From an uncultured Methanobrevibacter sp. (lineage in GTDB: Archaea; Methanobacteriota; Methanobacteria; Methanobacteriales; Methanobacteriaceae), in NCBI RefSeq assembly GCF_902784195.1, contig NZ_CACZTX010000014.1, positions 1-30,971 of the forward strand: a stretch of 30,971 nt of DNA, read 5' to 3'. This document shows, in pieces, positions 18,627-28,900 of the stretch. A program made the position numbers and the translations under genes. The notes beneath the pieces are model-generated. The model was not told the origin of the DNA and did not search any database. It saw only the letters and a program-made list of their open reading frames with translations. How positions within the stretch are numbered: the stretch's first letter is position 1; each line of letters begins with the position of its first letter.

Positions 18627-19280
18627 ATGGAGATGAGGATGGATAAAAAATTAATAATCAGATACATTTTACTTATTCTTGGGGTGACAATAATGTCTTT
18701 AGGCATTGCATTATCTCTTAAGTCCACTTTAGGAACTCCCCCTATATCATGCATTCCTGCTGTTCTGGCTGTTGCTTTTCCTTGGACTGTAGGAGAATTC
18801 ACAATAATTTTCAATGCCTTGCTTGTCATATTCCAAATGGTGCTTTTGAGAAAAATCACATTATCACAAATAGCTCAAATGCTTGTCTGCATTCTATTTG
18901 GCTATATGATTGATTTTAACTTAGTTCTCATTGATTTCATCAATCCAACAAATTATATAATCCAATGGATCTTGCTTATAATAAGCTGCCTTGTTCTTGC
19001 ATTCGGGCTTGTCATTGAAGTAAAGTCAGACATTACCATGCTTCCAGGAGACGGTGCTGTAGTGGCGATAGGTGAAGTGCTGAACAAGGATTGGGGTAAG
19101 GTCAAGCCATTTTTTGATGTTACTGTTGTAAGTATTGGTGTCATTTTGGCATTGGTATTCATAGGCCACCTTGAGGGGGTTCGTGAAGGAACCATTTTTT
19201 CAGCTATTACAGTTGGTTTCATCATTCAATTTTACAACAATATTTTTGGTGAAAAAATTGATAATTATCTAGAAGAATAA
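18627..19280 (+). CDS. YczE/YyaS/YitT-like integral membrane protein
   Basis: LIIRYILLILGVTIMSLGIALSLKSTLGTPPISCIPAVL..., KSDITMLPGDGAVVAIGEVLNKDWGKVKPFFDVTVVSIGVILALVFIGHLEGVREGTIFSAITVG. Confidence 0.75.
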   Translation: MEMRMDKKLIIRYILLILGVTIMSLGIALSLKSTLGTPPISCIPAVLAVAFPWTVGEFTIIFNALLVIFQMVLLRKITLSQIAQMLVCILFGYMIDFNLVLIDFINPTNYIIQWILLIISCLVLAFGLVIEVKSDITMLPGDGAVVAIGEVLNKDWGKVKPFFDVTVVSIGVILALVFIGHLEGVREGTIFSAITVGFIIQFYNNIFGEKIDNYLEE

Positions 19281-19502
19281 TTATATTTTTTTTAAAATCT
19301 TGGTAATTTTTTCAAGATTCAAAATTTTTTAGATTAGATTATATATTCCTTATTTTCCTAAAATACTTTATTTCTGTTCTTTATTTTTTCCATTAATTTT
19401 TCATAAATTTTAAAAAAAATTATTCTAATATATAAAGTTTTTTATTTGTTTTTTTACATTAACTTTATAATAAGCAAATACTATAAATATTATTGTGATA
19501 TT

Positions 19503-20333
19503 ATGGTAGTTAAAATCGCTATATTAAGAAGTGGTAATATTGGTACTTCACCAATATTAGATTTATTATTAGACGAAAGAGCAGACAGACCAAACATCGA
19601 CGTAAGAGTATTTGGATCTGGAGCAAAAATGAACCCTGAACAAGTCGAAGACGTTGTACCTAAATTCAAACAATTCGACCCAGATTTCTGTATTTTCATT
19701 AGCCCAAACCCAGCAGCACCTGGTCCAGCTAGAGCAAGAGAATTATTATCTGCAGAAGATATTCCTGCTATTATCATCGGTGACGCTCCTGGTAAAGGTA
19801 AGAAAGATGAAATGGACGAACAAGGTTTAGGTTACATTATTGTAATGGCAGACCCAATGATCGGTGCAAAAAGAGAATGGTTAGACCCAACTGAAATGGC
19901 TATTTTCAACGCTGACATCATTAAAGTATTAGCAGAAACCGGTGCTTTAAGATTAGTACAAAAAACCATTGACGGTGTAATCGAAGCTGTTGAAGCAGGT
20001 AACGAAATCGAATTACCTAAACTCATTGTAACTGCTGAAAAAGCTGTAGAAGCTGCTAAATTCCAAAACCCATACGCAAAAGCAAAAGCTATTGCTGCAT
20101 ACGAAATGGCTGGTGCTGTAGCAGGTTTAGACATGAAAGGTTGTTTCATGACCAAAGGTTTCGAAAACTTCATTCCTTTAGTAGCTGCTGCTCACGAAAT
20201 GGCTGCATGCGCTGCTGCATTAGCAGCTGAAGCAAGAGAAATTGAAAAATCCAACGACACTGTATTAAGAACCCCTCACATGAAAGAAGGTAACGTTGGT
20301 TGCAAACTCGATTTAATCAGCAAACCAGAATAA
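19503..20333 (+). CDS. mtd: F420-dependent methylenetetrahydromethanopterin dehydrogenase
   Basis: MVVKIAILRSGNIGTSPILDLLLDERADRPNIDVRVFGSGAKMNPEQVEDV...FISPNPAAPGPARARELL...GDAPGKGKKDEM...MADPMIGAKREWLDPTEMA. Called ORF starts upstream at 19446; GTGAT-ATT-ATG SD/start at 19503. Confidence 0.97.
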   Translation: MVVKIAILRSGNIGTSPILDLLLDERADRPNIDVRVFGSGAKMNPEQVEDVVPKFKQFDPDFCIFISPNPAAPGPARARELLSAEDIPAIIIGDAPGKGKKDEMDEQGLGYIIVMADPMIGAKREWLDPTEMAIFNADIIKVLAETGALRLVQKTIDGVIEAVEAGNEIELPKLIVTAEKAVEAAKFQNPYAKAKAIAAYEMAGAVAGLDMKGCFMTKGFENFIPLVAAAHEMAACAAALAAEAREIEKSNDTVLRTPHMKEGNVGCKLDLISKPE

Positions 20334-20690
20334 GTGTATTGGATTAAGTAGCTTTTTAGCTACTTATTTTTCTTTTTTCTTTTTTAAAACAAATTCAAAT
20401 CAAATCAAATAAATCAAATCTCAAATCAAAAATCAAAATTTACTTTTTTTCTTTTATTTTAACACAATTTCAAAACTTTGTATGCCAATGTTTTATTCGT
20501 ATAATTACTAACTTTTTTTCATTAAATTTTTTAAAATAATTGCCTTGGCGTAAAAAGTGTATATGTTAAAAATAGAATAATGTTTTAAAAATTGAAAGTT
20601 TATATAAATAAACTTTAAAGGATTTGAAAATTAAACAAAGAGTAAAATTAAAAAAAGACTAACTAAGAAAAAAAGAAATAAAAAGATATT

Positions 20691-21269
20691 CTAAAGAACA
20701 CCTTTTGTACTTAAAATTTCATCGTGCTCAATTTTGCATCCATCATATAATGATTTTGCAAATGCCTTGAAAAGAGCTTCTGCCTTGTGGTGGTCATTTG
20801 CACCTTCACAGGTTCCATATATATTGATCTTACCACTGGAAGCAAAGGATTCAAAGAAGTGAACTACAACATCACTGCTTAAGTCACCAATCTTGTCATG
20901 CTTGAAATCCAAATCCATATTGCAGTAGCTGCGGCCGCTGATGTCTATAGCAAAAGTTGCAACGGAATCATCCATAGGGACTATTGCATGACCCATTCTT
21001 CTTATTCCTTTCTTGTCGCCAATAGCTTCTGCGAAAGCTTCACCTAACAATATGCCAACATCCTCTACAGTGTGGTGATCATCGATTTCAATATCACCGA
21101 TTGCCTTAATGTTTAAATCCATAAAGCTGTGTTTGGAAAAGGATTCCAACATGTGGTTGAAGAAATTGACTCCAGTGTCAATATCATATTTTCCAGTTCC
21201 ATCAATATTTAATTCTATTTCAATATCTGTTTCAGATGTCTTTCTTGAAACTTTAGCTGTTCTAGTCAT
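20691..21269 (-). CDS. hisB: Imidazoleglycerol-phosphate dehydratase (called ORF starts at GTG 21281; ATG 21269 preceded by GTGAT preferred)
   Basis: [79 protein letters not shown]. Confidence 0.95.
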   Translation of the reverse strand: MTRTAKVSRKTSETDIEIELNIDGTGKYDIDTGVNFFNHMLESFSKHSFMDLNIKAIGDIEIDDHHTVEDVGILLGEAFAEAIGDKKGIRRMGHAIVPMDDSVATFAIDISGRSYCNMDLDFKHDKIGDLSSDVVVHFFESFASSGKINIYGTCEGANDHHKAEALFKAFAKSLYDGCKIEHDEILSTKGVL

Positions 21270-21408
21270 TGAATCACTCACTGATTAAAGTTCTAAATAA
21301 TTATTTCCTAAAAATATTTCCTAAAAGTATTTCCAATAAGGGCATAATATAGTAACAATTTATAGAAAAATTTTAAACTATATTTAAATTAAAATAACGA
21401 TTAATTAT

Positions 21409-21609
21409 TTACTCATCTGGCGCATTTCTCATAATTTTAATTGCATCTGGACCACATTTCATTGCACATAATGTACAAACATGACAATAATCTAAATTTG
21501 ATACATGTGCAACAGTATCAATAGTCCAAATATATCCTCCTTTAGGACAAATCTCTTTACAATTTCCACATGCAGTGCATTTGTCCTCATCAACTATAAT
21601 CTTTAAAAT
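21409..21609 (-). CDS. Small 2x[4Fe-4S] ferredoxin, absent from the supplied ORF track, apparently lacking ATG/GTG/TTG start
   Basis: In-frame translation (I/M)LKIIVDEDKCTACGNCKEICPKGGYIWTIDTVAHVSNLDYCHVCTLCAMKCGPDAIKIMRNAPDE* with two CxxCxxCxxxC[PG] motifs; GGTGAT at 21613-21618 then ATT ATT. Confidence 0.85.
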   Translation of the reverse strand: MLKIIVDEDKCTACGNCKEICPKGGYIWTIDTVAHVSNLDYCHVCTLCAMKCGPDAIKIMRNAPDE

Positions 21610-21716
21610 AATATCACCATGAATAAATCTGTAAATAATCTTATTTTATTTAAAATATATAAAATTATGGCTATCTGTGAAAAAATATCTTATTTTCATT
21701 TATTCAAATCAATTAC

Positions 21717-22409
21717 CTATAATTTTAAGGTAGCTATTGACAATGCCTTAAATCCAATGTAAACTTCTTTTCCCAAACTTAAATCCAAGTCCTTACCTGC
21801 AGATAAGGTAATGTCTGAGAAAATGTTCACTCCGCCAATGTCGATTTTTACACGAACCATTTCATCCTGAAGTCTCATTTCAGTGACTTTTCCCTTGAAG
21901 ATGTTTCTGATGCTGGATGCTTGGGGCTCCAACATTATGAAGATATTGTCATAGCTTATTAAAGCAAGAATCTTATCTCCAACTTTATATTCCTTTTTCA
22001 ATGGGATAGTTATGACCAATTCATTCATTTGAATTTTCATGACACCTTTTGCCTTGTCAATTTCAAGGATTTCAGCTTCAATTTCATTGGTTTCGCTGTG
22101 AAGTTCCATGATTGCATTGATCTTTTTACATTCCTTTAGAATCTGCAAGCCCTCTTCGGTAAGAGTGGTGCTTCCTCCACCACCGCTTCCTCCTTTTTTA
22201 GTGTTTACAATAGCTATATCCAAAGTTGATTCTATCTTGTCGATATAGTTTAAAGCAGTTCTGTAGGAAATTTTAGAACGCTTAGCAGCTTCTGTAATTG
22301 ATTCGCTTTCATTTATATAAATCAACAGATTGAATTTCTTTTGATCCAATAGAAAAGAATTTCCATCTATATTAATCTTATATTCTACTCCAGCTTTTAC
22401 TTCAGTCAT
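21717..22409 (-). CDS. ModE-family transcriptional regulator with C-terminal TOBE domain
   Basis: SESITEAAKRSKISYRTALNYIDKIE HTH, KKGGSGGGGSTTLTEEG signature, and TOBE-like SSIRNIFKGKVTEMRLQDEMVRVKIDIGG segment. Confidence 0.85.
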   Translation of the reverse strand: MTEVKAGVEYKINIDGNSFLLDQKKFNLLIYINESESITEAAKRSKISYRTALNYIDKIESTLDIAIVNTKKGGSGGGGSTTLTEEGLQILKECKKINAIMELHSETNEIEAEILEIDKAKGVMKIQMNELVITIPLKKEYKVGDKILALISYDNIFIMLEPQASSIRNIFKGKVTEMRLQDEMVRVKIDIGGVNIFSDITLSAGKDLDLSLGKEVYIGFKALSIATLKL

Positions 22410-22760
22410 TTTAATCGTCCCTTTTTACCTTATAATTATTTTTCAAGAATTACCCAGTTGATAATTAATATATACCTTTTATTAATTAAACTTATTCATT
22501 TTAAAGGGATATTCGCTTATTATCTCAAAATTTATTTTTGATTAAATCGTGTTTTAAGATAAAAAAAGAAAGAATATTTATTTTAACTCGTTATGATAAA
22601 TATCTGTAATCGATAATTCATTTATAAGCGATCTTTTTAAAGAATCGATATGAATTTTAAAAAAAATAAGGTTTAATTCGAGTAAAAAAAGAGTAAAAAT
22701 TAAAATTAATAAAAAAGTAAAGATTAAAGTTTTTAGATAATTTAGGCTGTATTCTATAGA

Positions 22761-24329
22761 TTATTTAGAACTGTATTTATCTATAATATCCAATAATTTA
22801 TTTGCATATTTTCTTAAAGGACCTAATTTTCTGGTAAATTTCCTGAATCCTGCTACATCATCATGAGACAATGTTCTAAGTGCTACAATTGCAATCATAT
22901 AGATTATTGGGCAGATTATCAATCCTGCAATCAATCCATAGCTATTGTTTGGAAGTACAACCACAGGCAATGCCATAATCAATGAGGCTATTGTGACTTT
23001 AGTTAGGAATGAATAAGGGGCATGGGTTTTGGTTAATCTGAATTGAAGCAGGAACATAGGTATCATCATTATGAATGAAGCTATTGTTGTTGCTAGAGCT
23101 CCTCCCTCAATGCCGTAAGTAGGAATCAAATACCACCCGAGGCCTAAAGTAATGATACAGCCGAATATCAAAAGATACATTGGAATTCTTGGGTTTCCAA
23201 TACCTTGAACAATACTGCCTGAAATTGTATATATTGAATAGAATGTCATACCTAAAACAAGAATTGCAAGAGACATTGCACCGTTCATGTAAGCTGAATT
23301 TGTGAAGTATACAAGCCCCATGATTTCCTTTGCAAAGATAGCTATTCCTACACACATCGGAATTACAAAGAACATTCCGTATTTATAGGATGCATTCACA
23401 TACTTTTCAAGAAGGTTTTGATCCTTGAGAGCATATGCTTCAGATGCTGCAGGCAATATTGTAGTTGCAAGTGAGCTTGAAATGATTAGAGGAAGTCTTG
23501 AAATAGGGTCTGCCGCTGTAAAGTAACCTATTGCAGATGCAGCTAAGAATCCTCCCATAAGCAAGGTACAAATACTGTAAATACCCATTTCAGCAAGTGC
23601 AGTTACTGTAACTGGAATTGAAAAGAAAAGAAGTCTTTTTGCAAGACCTAATTCCTGTTTGAAGGTGAACTTAAAGTCAGGATTTGCAGGAGGGATGTAT
23701 TTTCCCATATATTTTTTAAAGATATATACTGCAGACACTGCTGATGCTGCAAAACCGAGTACAGAACCTAATACTGCACCAAAAGTGGATAATCCTAAAA
23801 TTACAAGGGCAGTTGCAAATAGAATCATGAATATCTGTTCAATTGCACGGGTGTAAAGGATGTATTCCATCTTGTACACACCTTGGAAAGCACCTCTAAA
23901 TGCACCGACTATTACACTGAAAGGAGTGATTAAACCAACAGCCTGAAGTGGCAATAAAGCCTCTGGCTTGTGATAATAGTTTGTAATGATAGGTGCAGCT
24001 ACAAATACCATAACCAGTCCAAAGAAGAATCCTAAAAAGACCATTATCTTCAGTGCTGTGAAAACGGTTTGACGAGCAAGATCCTCTTCATCAAGAGCAT
24101 TGTATTCTGATACGTATTTAGCTATTGCTGGTGGAAGCCCTGCTGCAGACAATACCTGGAATATTCCTTGAAATGGAGTTGTAAGTCCAAGTATACCATA
24201 TGCTGCCGGTCCTAAAAGTGATGCCATAAGAAAACGGTATAGGTATCCCCCTACACGGAAGATAACATTTCCTATTAAGATAATAGCGCTTCCCTTTGCT
24301 ACTTTAGAACTTCCGGTTGCCTCGCCCAT
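22761..24329 (-). CDS. MATE/MVF-superfamily polysaccharide or lipid flippase (SpoVB/Wzx-like)
   Basis: 522 aa; KGSAIILIGNVIFRVGGYLYRFLMASLLGPAAYGILGLTTPFQGIFQVLSAAGLPPAIAKYVSEYNALDEE plus about 14 hydrophobic segments. Confidence 0.85.
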   Translation of the reverse strand: MGEATGSSKVAKGSAIILIGNVIFRVGGYLYRFLMASLLGPAAYGILGLTTPFQGIFQVLSAAGLPPAIAKYVSEYNALDEEDLARQTVFTALKIMVFLGFFFGLVMVFVAAPIITNYYHKPEALLPLQAVGLITPFSVIVGAFRGAFQGVYKMEYILYTRAIEQIFMILFATALVILGLSTFGAVLGSVLGFAASAVSAVYIFKKYMGKYIPPANPDFKFTFKQELGLAKRLLFFSIPVTVTALAEMGIYSICTLLMGGFLAASAIGYFTAADPISRLPLIISSSLATTILPAASEAYALKDQNLLEKYVNASYKYGMFFVIPMCVGIAIFAKEIMGLVYFTNSAYMNGAMSLAILVLGMTFYSIYTISGSIVQGIGNPRIPMYLLIFGCIITLGLGWYLIPTYGIEGGALATTIASFIMMIPMFLLQFRLTKTHAPYSFLTKVTIASLIMALPVVVLPNNSYGLIAGLIICPIIYMIAIVALRTLSHDDVAGFRKFTRKLGPLRKYANKLLDIIDKYSSK

Positions 24330-24478
24330 ATTTACACCTAAATATAAAAATAAGTTTCAATTGTTTATTTTTTTAAACAGTAAATCAACAATTAAATTGT
24401 GATTAAATGTCCATTTACTATAAATTACTTTTATTATATTAATTTTTATTTATATATGTTTTGATAAAAGATGGATAG

Positions 24479-25078
24479 CTATTGTTTTTTAAACTCCAAT
24501 AAAAACTCTTTAAAATTGTTTATTGTCATATCCAATGTCTTGAGCCCATACTCATCTTTCTTAACACCTTCGGCACCTTCATCCTGTGACCATAGGCACG
24601 CTCCTAAATTGGCTCCAAAGGATCCTCCGCTTAATGGAATGATCTTATTCAATAGGTAGAATGTGTTAATCTGTTGGATAGCCAACTCCTGACCTCCAGA
24701 TCTGTCGCCTCCAACAACTATTGAAATACCTACCTTGTTTTTAAATATGTTCAGGTCTTCCATGATCATTGCCTGGCATCTGTCAATGACAGCCTTCAAT
24801 TGAGCGGATATGCTTCCAAAATGAACGGGGCTTGCAAGTATTATGCCGTCAGCTTCCCTAAGGGCATCATAGATTTCATCCATATCATCATGAATTGAAC
24901 ATTTTCCCTTTGTTTCCACACAATCGTTGCAGTGAGTGCATGGTGAAATGTCCTTATCCCTTACGCTTATAAAGATTGTTTCAAACGAATCTTCACTTTC
25001 AAGCTCTTCCAATGCCCTTTTCAATAAGAATTCACTTGCACCTTCACGTGGACTTCCACAAATTCCAAGAATTTTCAT
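24479..25078 (-). CDS. NADPH-dependent FMN reductase / iron-sulfur flavoprotein-like (called ORF begins at 25132; ATG 25078 preferred)
   Basis: MKILGICGSPREGASEFLLKRALEEL...ISPCTHCNDCVETKGKCSIHDDMDEIYDALREADGIILASPVHFGSISAQLKAVIDR; GGAG SD directly upstream of 25078. Confidence 0.85.
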   Translation of the reverse strand: MKILGICGSPREGASEFLLKRALEELESEDSFETIFISVRDKDISPCTHCNDCVETKGKCSIHDDMDEIYDALREADGIILASPVHFGSISAQLKAVIDRCQAMIMEDLNIFKNKVGISIVVGGDRSGGQELAIQQINTFYLLNKIIPLSGGSFGANLGACLWSQDEGAEGVKKDEYGLKTLDMTINNFKEFLLEFKKQ

Positions 25079-25740
25079 ATTTTGACTCCTGTAATAATTA
25101 TTGTTGTATATAATATGACTATATAGTTTCATATGAATATAATTTTAGAAAAATGATTCAAATTCATGTCAAAAATTTGGTTTTGAGTTTTGAATTTTTT
25201 TGATTTTCTCCGGTTTTAGGGCTGATTTTCAGTTTACTTCGTTATACATCAATTTTTTACATATCATCAATTTTATTCATTATTTTTCAAAAAAAGTATA
25301 CAATTACATAATTTATCTGAACTTTACTAAATAAACTAATAATTAATTTAATAAAATATATACATTTCTATATACTATAACAATATATGATATGATAACA
25401 TTTATATATGGAGTATTTACAATATTATAATACTTGATATTGTTAATTGATTTAGGTTGATGTAAAAATATTATCAAAAAAATTATCTTTTTGATAGTGT
25501 GATTAGATATTTCTATGAAATTATATTCGAAATTTTCTAATATTAATTGAAAAGTTAATATTCATGTTTTTTAAAGATGGCCAACTTTAGAGGATGTAGG
25601 CCCTTCGCTCAATTTTTGAGCATTTTATGAACATATATGGAATGAATCTCAAAAGATTTGTTGTTTCGCTATTTTTACTCGACCCTTTAATTACTTAACA
25701 TGGTTAATATTTAATACTATCTACATTTTAAACTAGATTT

Positions 25741-25822
25741 AAACTAGATATAAATGGGATGAATTTAAACAAAACATCAACCTAAAGCTTTTTTTTATTT
25801 TCATCCCATCTATATCTAGTTT
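25741..25822. repeat. Inverted repeat, 23-nt arms (1 mismatch), 36-nt spacer, with CTAGAT boxes
   Basis: AAACTAGATATAAATGGGATGAA (25741-25763) versus TTCATCCCATCTATATCTAGTTT (25800-25822); additional AAACTAGAT at 25730-25738 and AACTAGAT at 25825-25832. Confidence 0.75.
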
Positions 25823-25834
25823 TTAACTAGATAC

Positions 25835-25865
25835 ACGGTATGATAAACCTGGTTTACCATATCGT
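25835..25865. promoter_or_regulatory. 31-bp near-perfect dyad ACGGTATGATAAACC-T-GGTTTACCATATCGT upstream of the adhesin gene
   Basis: 13 of 15 Watson-Crick positions (one further G:T), single-nt centre at 25850; inner TAAACC/GGTTTA perfect. Confidence 0.65.
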
Positions 25866-25939
25866 TTTTAATAATATAATTAATAAAAAAAGGAGGACAT
25901 TTTATCAATACTAAAATAATTAATTCGATTTTAATTATT

Positions 25940-28900
25940 TTGATGTTATTCTGTTTAATATCTTTAGTTGGGATCGCTTCGGCGGAAGATATTTCTGATA
26001 ATGAAATAATATCTTATGATGATACAATTGATATATCAACGGAAAATTCCAATCTGCAAGAAATTTCTGATCTGAGTTCTGCTTCAGATTCAAATGATAT
26101 ATCAAACGAGATTTCGAACGCCGATGATTCTGCTGATGATACATCTGATGATGTAATCACCAGTAGTTCATCAAAAGAAGTACTTGGTGCAAACAAACTT
26201 TATGCTAGCTATGATTTATCTGGCTCAACACTCGCGGATATTCAAGCTTATTTGGATTCTGGAAGTGTGGTAGCAGGAGACACCATTTACTTAGGTAATC
26301 AAACATGGAATTCTGGAAATTGGGGCCCTTATAGTGGGGGACCTGTTCAAGTCAATATTCCTAATTTGATTATTAGTGGTGGAACAAGTGGAAGTCCTAA
26401 TGACTTTGCTACTATAAGTGCCGGAAGTAAGATCTTCCAATTAAATGCGCCGGGCATTACTTTGAAAAATATTGCATTTACAAATACTGCACAAGGACCA
26501 TGTTGTGCTGTAAACATTCAGTCATCAGATTCTACCATAACCAATTGTGTTTTCGACCATTGTTATAATCAAAATGGTGCTGCAATTTATGGTTCATCTT
26601 CCTCATCAAATACAAAAATTGAAAATTGTAATTTTACAAACAATGAAGCTATTTGGAGTGGAAAAGGAACTGTTTATTATGAAGGTTCTGATTTAACAAT
26701 TACTGGCAGTATTTTTGATGCTAATATTGGTGGTGCAGTTTACTCTGAAGGAGATACAGAAATAACCGACTGTATATTTGAAGATCATACTACTGATAAA
26801 ATTATAGTTGACCTTCATGGTACTGCAAAAGTAACCAACTCTAATTTCACCAATAACAATGTTACTGGATGGAATGTAGGAGCATTAAATATCGGTGGTG
26901 AAAACAGTTTAATTGAAAACTGTAATTTCATTAATAACAGTGCTCAAGGTTACGGTGGTGCAGTTGGTGTCAATGGTATTAACTCCCAGATAAAGGATAG
27001 TACTTTCACCAATAACCATGCTACTAGTGGTGGAGCAATACATGACTCTGCAAGTGGATTAACTGTAAGCAATTGTGCATTTGAAAACAACACCGCGAAT
27101 AGTGGTGGAGGTGCAATTGATCTTTCTTATGACAATGCTGTTGTAAGTGACTGTAATTTCACCAATAATAGTGCGAACAGTCAAGGTGGAGCTATTTACA
27201 TTGGTTGGGATTGTAATCGCCAAACAATCACTAATTGTGATTTCACTGATAATGATGCAGGTAGTCAGGGTGGAGCTATTTACGCTGACTCAGAAGGAAA
27301 TAAAGTCACTTATTCCAACTTTACTGGAAATAGCGCTCCTAATGGTGGTGCTATCCAATTAGGTGGAGATAGTGATGATTTCGATCTTGAACATGTTATC
27401 TTTGAAAATAACCATGCGTATGTTTATCAAGGTGAATGGGGTCCTGTTGGTGGTCACGGTGGTGCAATCAATGCCGATAACCATAATGAAATCAACCCCG
27501 ATATTGTTGATGTAACTTTCATTAACAACACCGCAGATATTGCAGGTGGTGCAGTAAAACACCATTCCAACTGGACATTTACTGACTGTGAATTCATTAA
27601 TAACTCTGCAAATCCGGATAATAACCCATCTTATGTAAGTGATGAAATATCATTCGGTGGAGGAGCACTTTGGTGTTGTGATGGAATTAGTAATTTAATT
27701 AATACTGATTTCATCGGTAACAATGCAACCTTTGGTGGTGCTATCAGAGGTGCAGTTAATGCAAAAGACTGTCTAGTAGAAAACAATACCGCTTTCAATG
27801 GTAATGGTGGTGGTATTGACATGACTATTGATGCACGTCTTTTTGAAAATGAAACATTCCTTACAGCTGTAAATGTGAAGGACTGTACTTTTATCAATAA
27901 CAGTGCTCAAGGAGATTACCAACCTAGTGAAGAAGCAAAAGGTGGTAAGGCTCAAGGTGGTGCTATTCATGTTTACAGAGTAGATGGTATGGTTCTTGAT
28001 AACATTACCTGTATTGACAACAGTGCTTACAGAGGAGGTGCAATTGACCTCTATGTAATGAACTTCACTACCCTTTCAAATTCAACATTGTTAAACAATA
28101 CCGCTACCCTTGGTGGAGGTATTGCTGTTGTGGGTAACCACACTCGTTTTGACAATGTTACCATGACTGAAAATGCTGCCGTAGTAAACGGTAGTCAAGA
28201 TGGTCAAGGTGGTGGAATATGGGTTATTGGAGAAGACTGCAGAATCTTTAACTCTACTATTGACCACAATATTGCAGAAGGTCAAGGTGGTGGAGCATGG
28301 ATTAACGGATCCGATGTTCAACTAAATAACACTGTCCTAGATTCAAACGTAGCAGAAGCTGAAATGCTAGCTGCGGGTGGTGGATTGTTTGTAGAAGGTG
28401 ATGGTTGTATTTTCAACAACAATACAATCACAAGGAACAATTGTTCCAGTGATTCTGGAACCGGTGGTGGAATATGTGTCACCGGTGAAAATTGTATTTT
28501 TACAAATAATACAATCGACTATAATTTTGCTACTTATGGTGGTGGTGTATCTGTTGATGGTGCAAATACTAATTTCACCCATAACAATATGTCATATAAT
28601 AGAGCAGAAACTGGTGGAGGATTCTTTGTACAAGGTGAGGATTTATATGTTGAAGATTTATATGCCTTCAACAACACTGCTGAAAACGGTGGTGCTGCAG
28701 CAACTCTTTTAGCTGACGGTACCATATTTAAGAATTCCACTTTTGAAAACAACACTGCTATAGGTGACTTATCTGAGGATAGAGGTGAAGGAGGAGCAAT
28801 TCATATTTCTGCTTCTTCAAACGTGCTTGTACAAGCAGATTTCATTAATAACACAGCTTGTAATGGTTCAGCTATTTATGTAGATAATTTCTGGGGACTC

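Noticed and set aside
19446-19502. N-terminal extension of mtd in the ORF track (MFFYINFIISKYYKYYCDI)
   Set aside because: Known Mtd proteins begin MVVKIAILRSGN; SD-like GTGAT precedes ATG 19503, so the extension is promoter/leader sequence.
19832-20173. Minus-strand 113-aa ORF over mtd
   Set aside because: Antisense to the highly conserved mtd gene; no independent coding signal.
25607-25621. Small hairpin GCTCAA-TTT-TTGAGC in the spacer before the adhesin
   Set aside because: A 6-bp stem in a low-complexity spacer with no clear terminator T-run; too weak to call a functional element.
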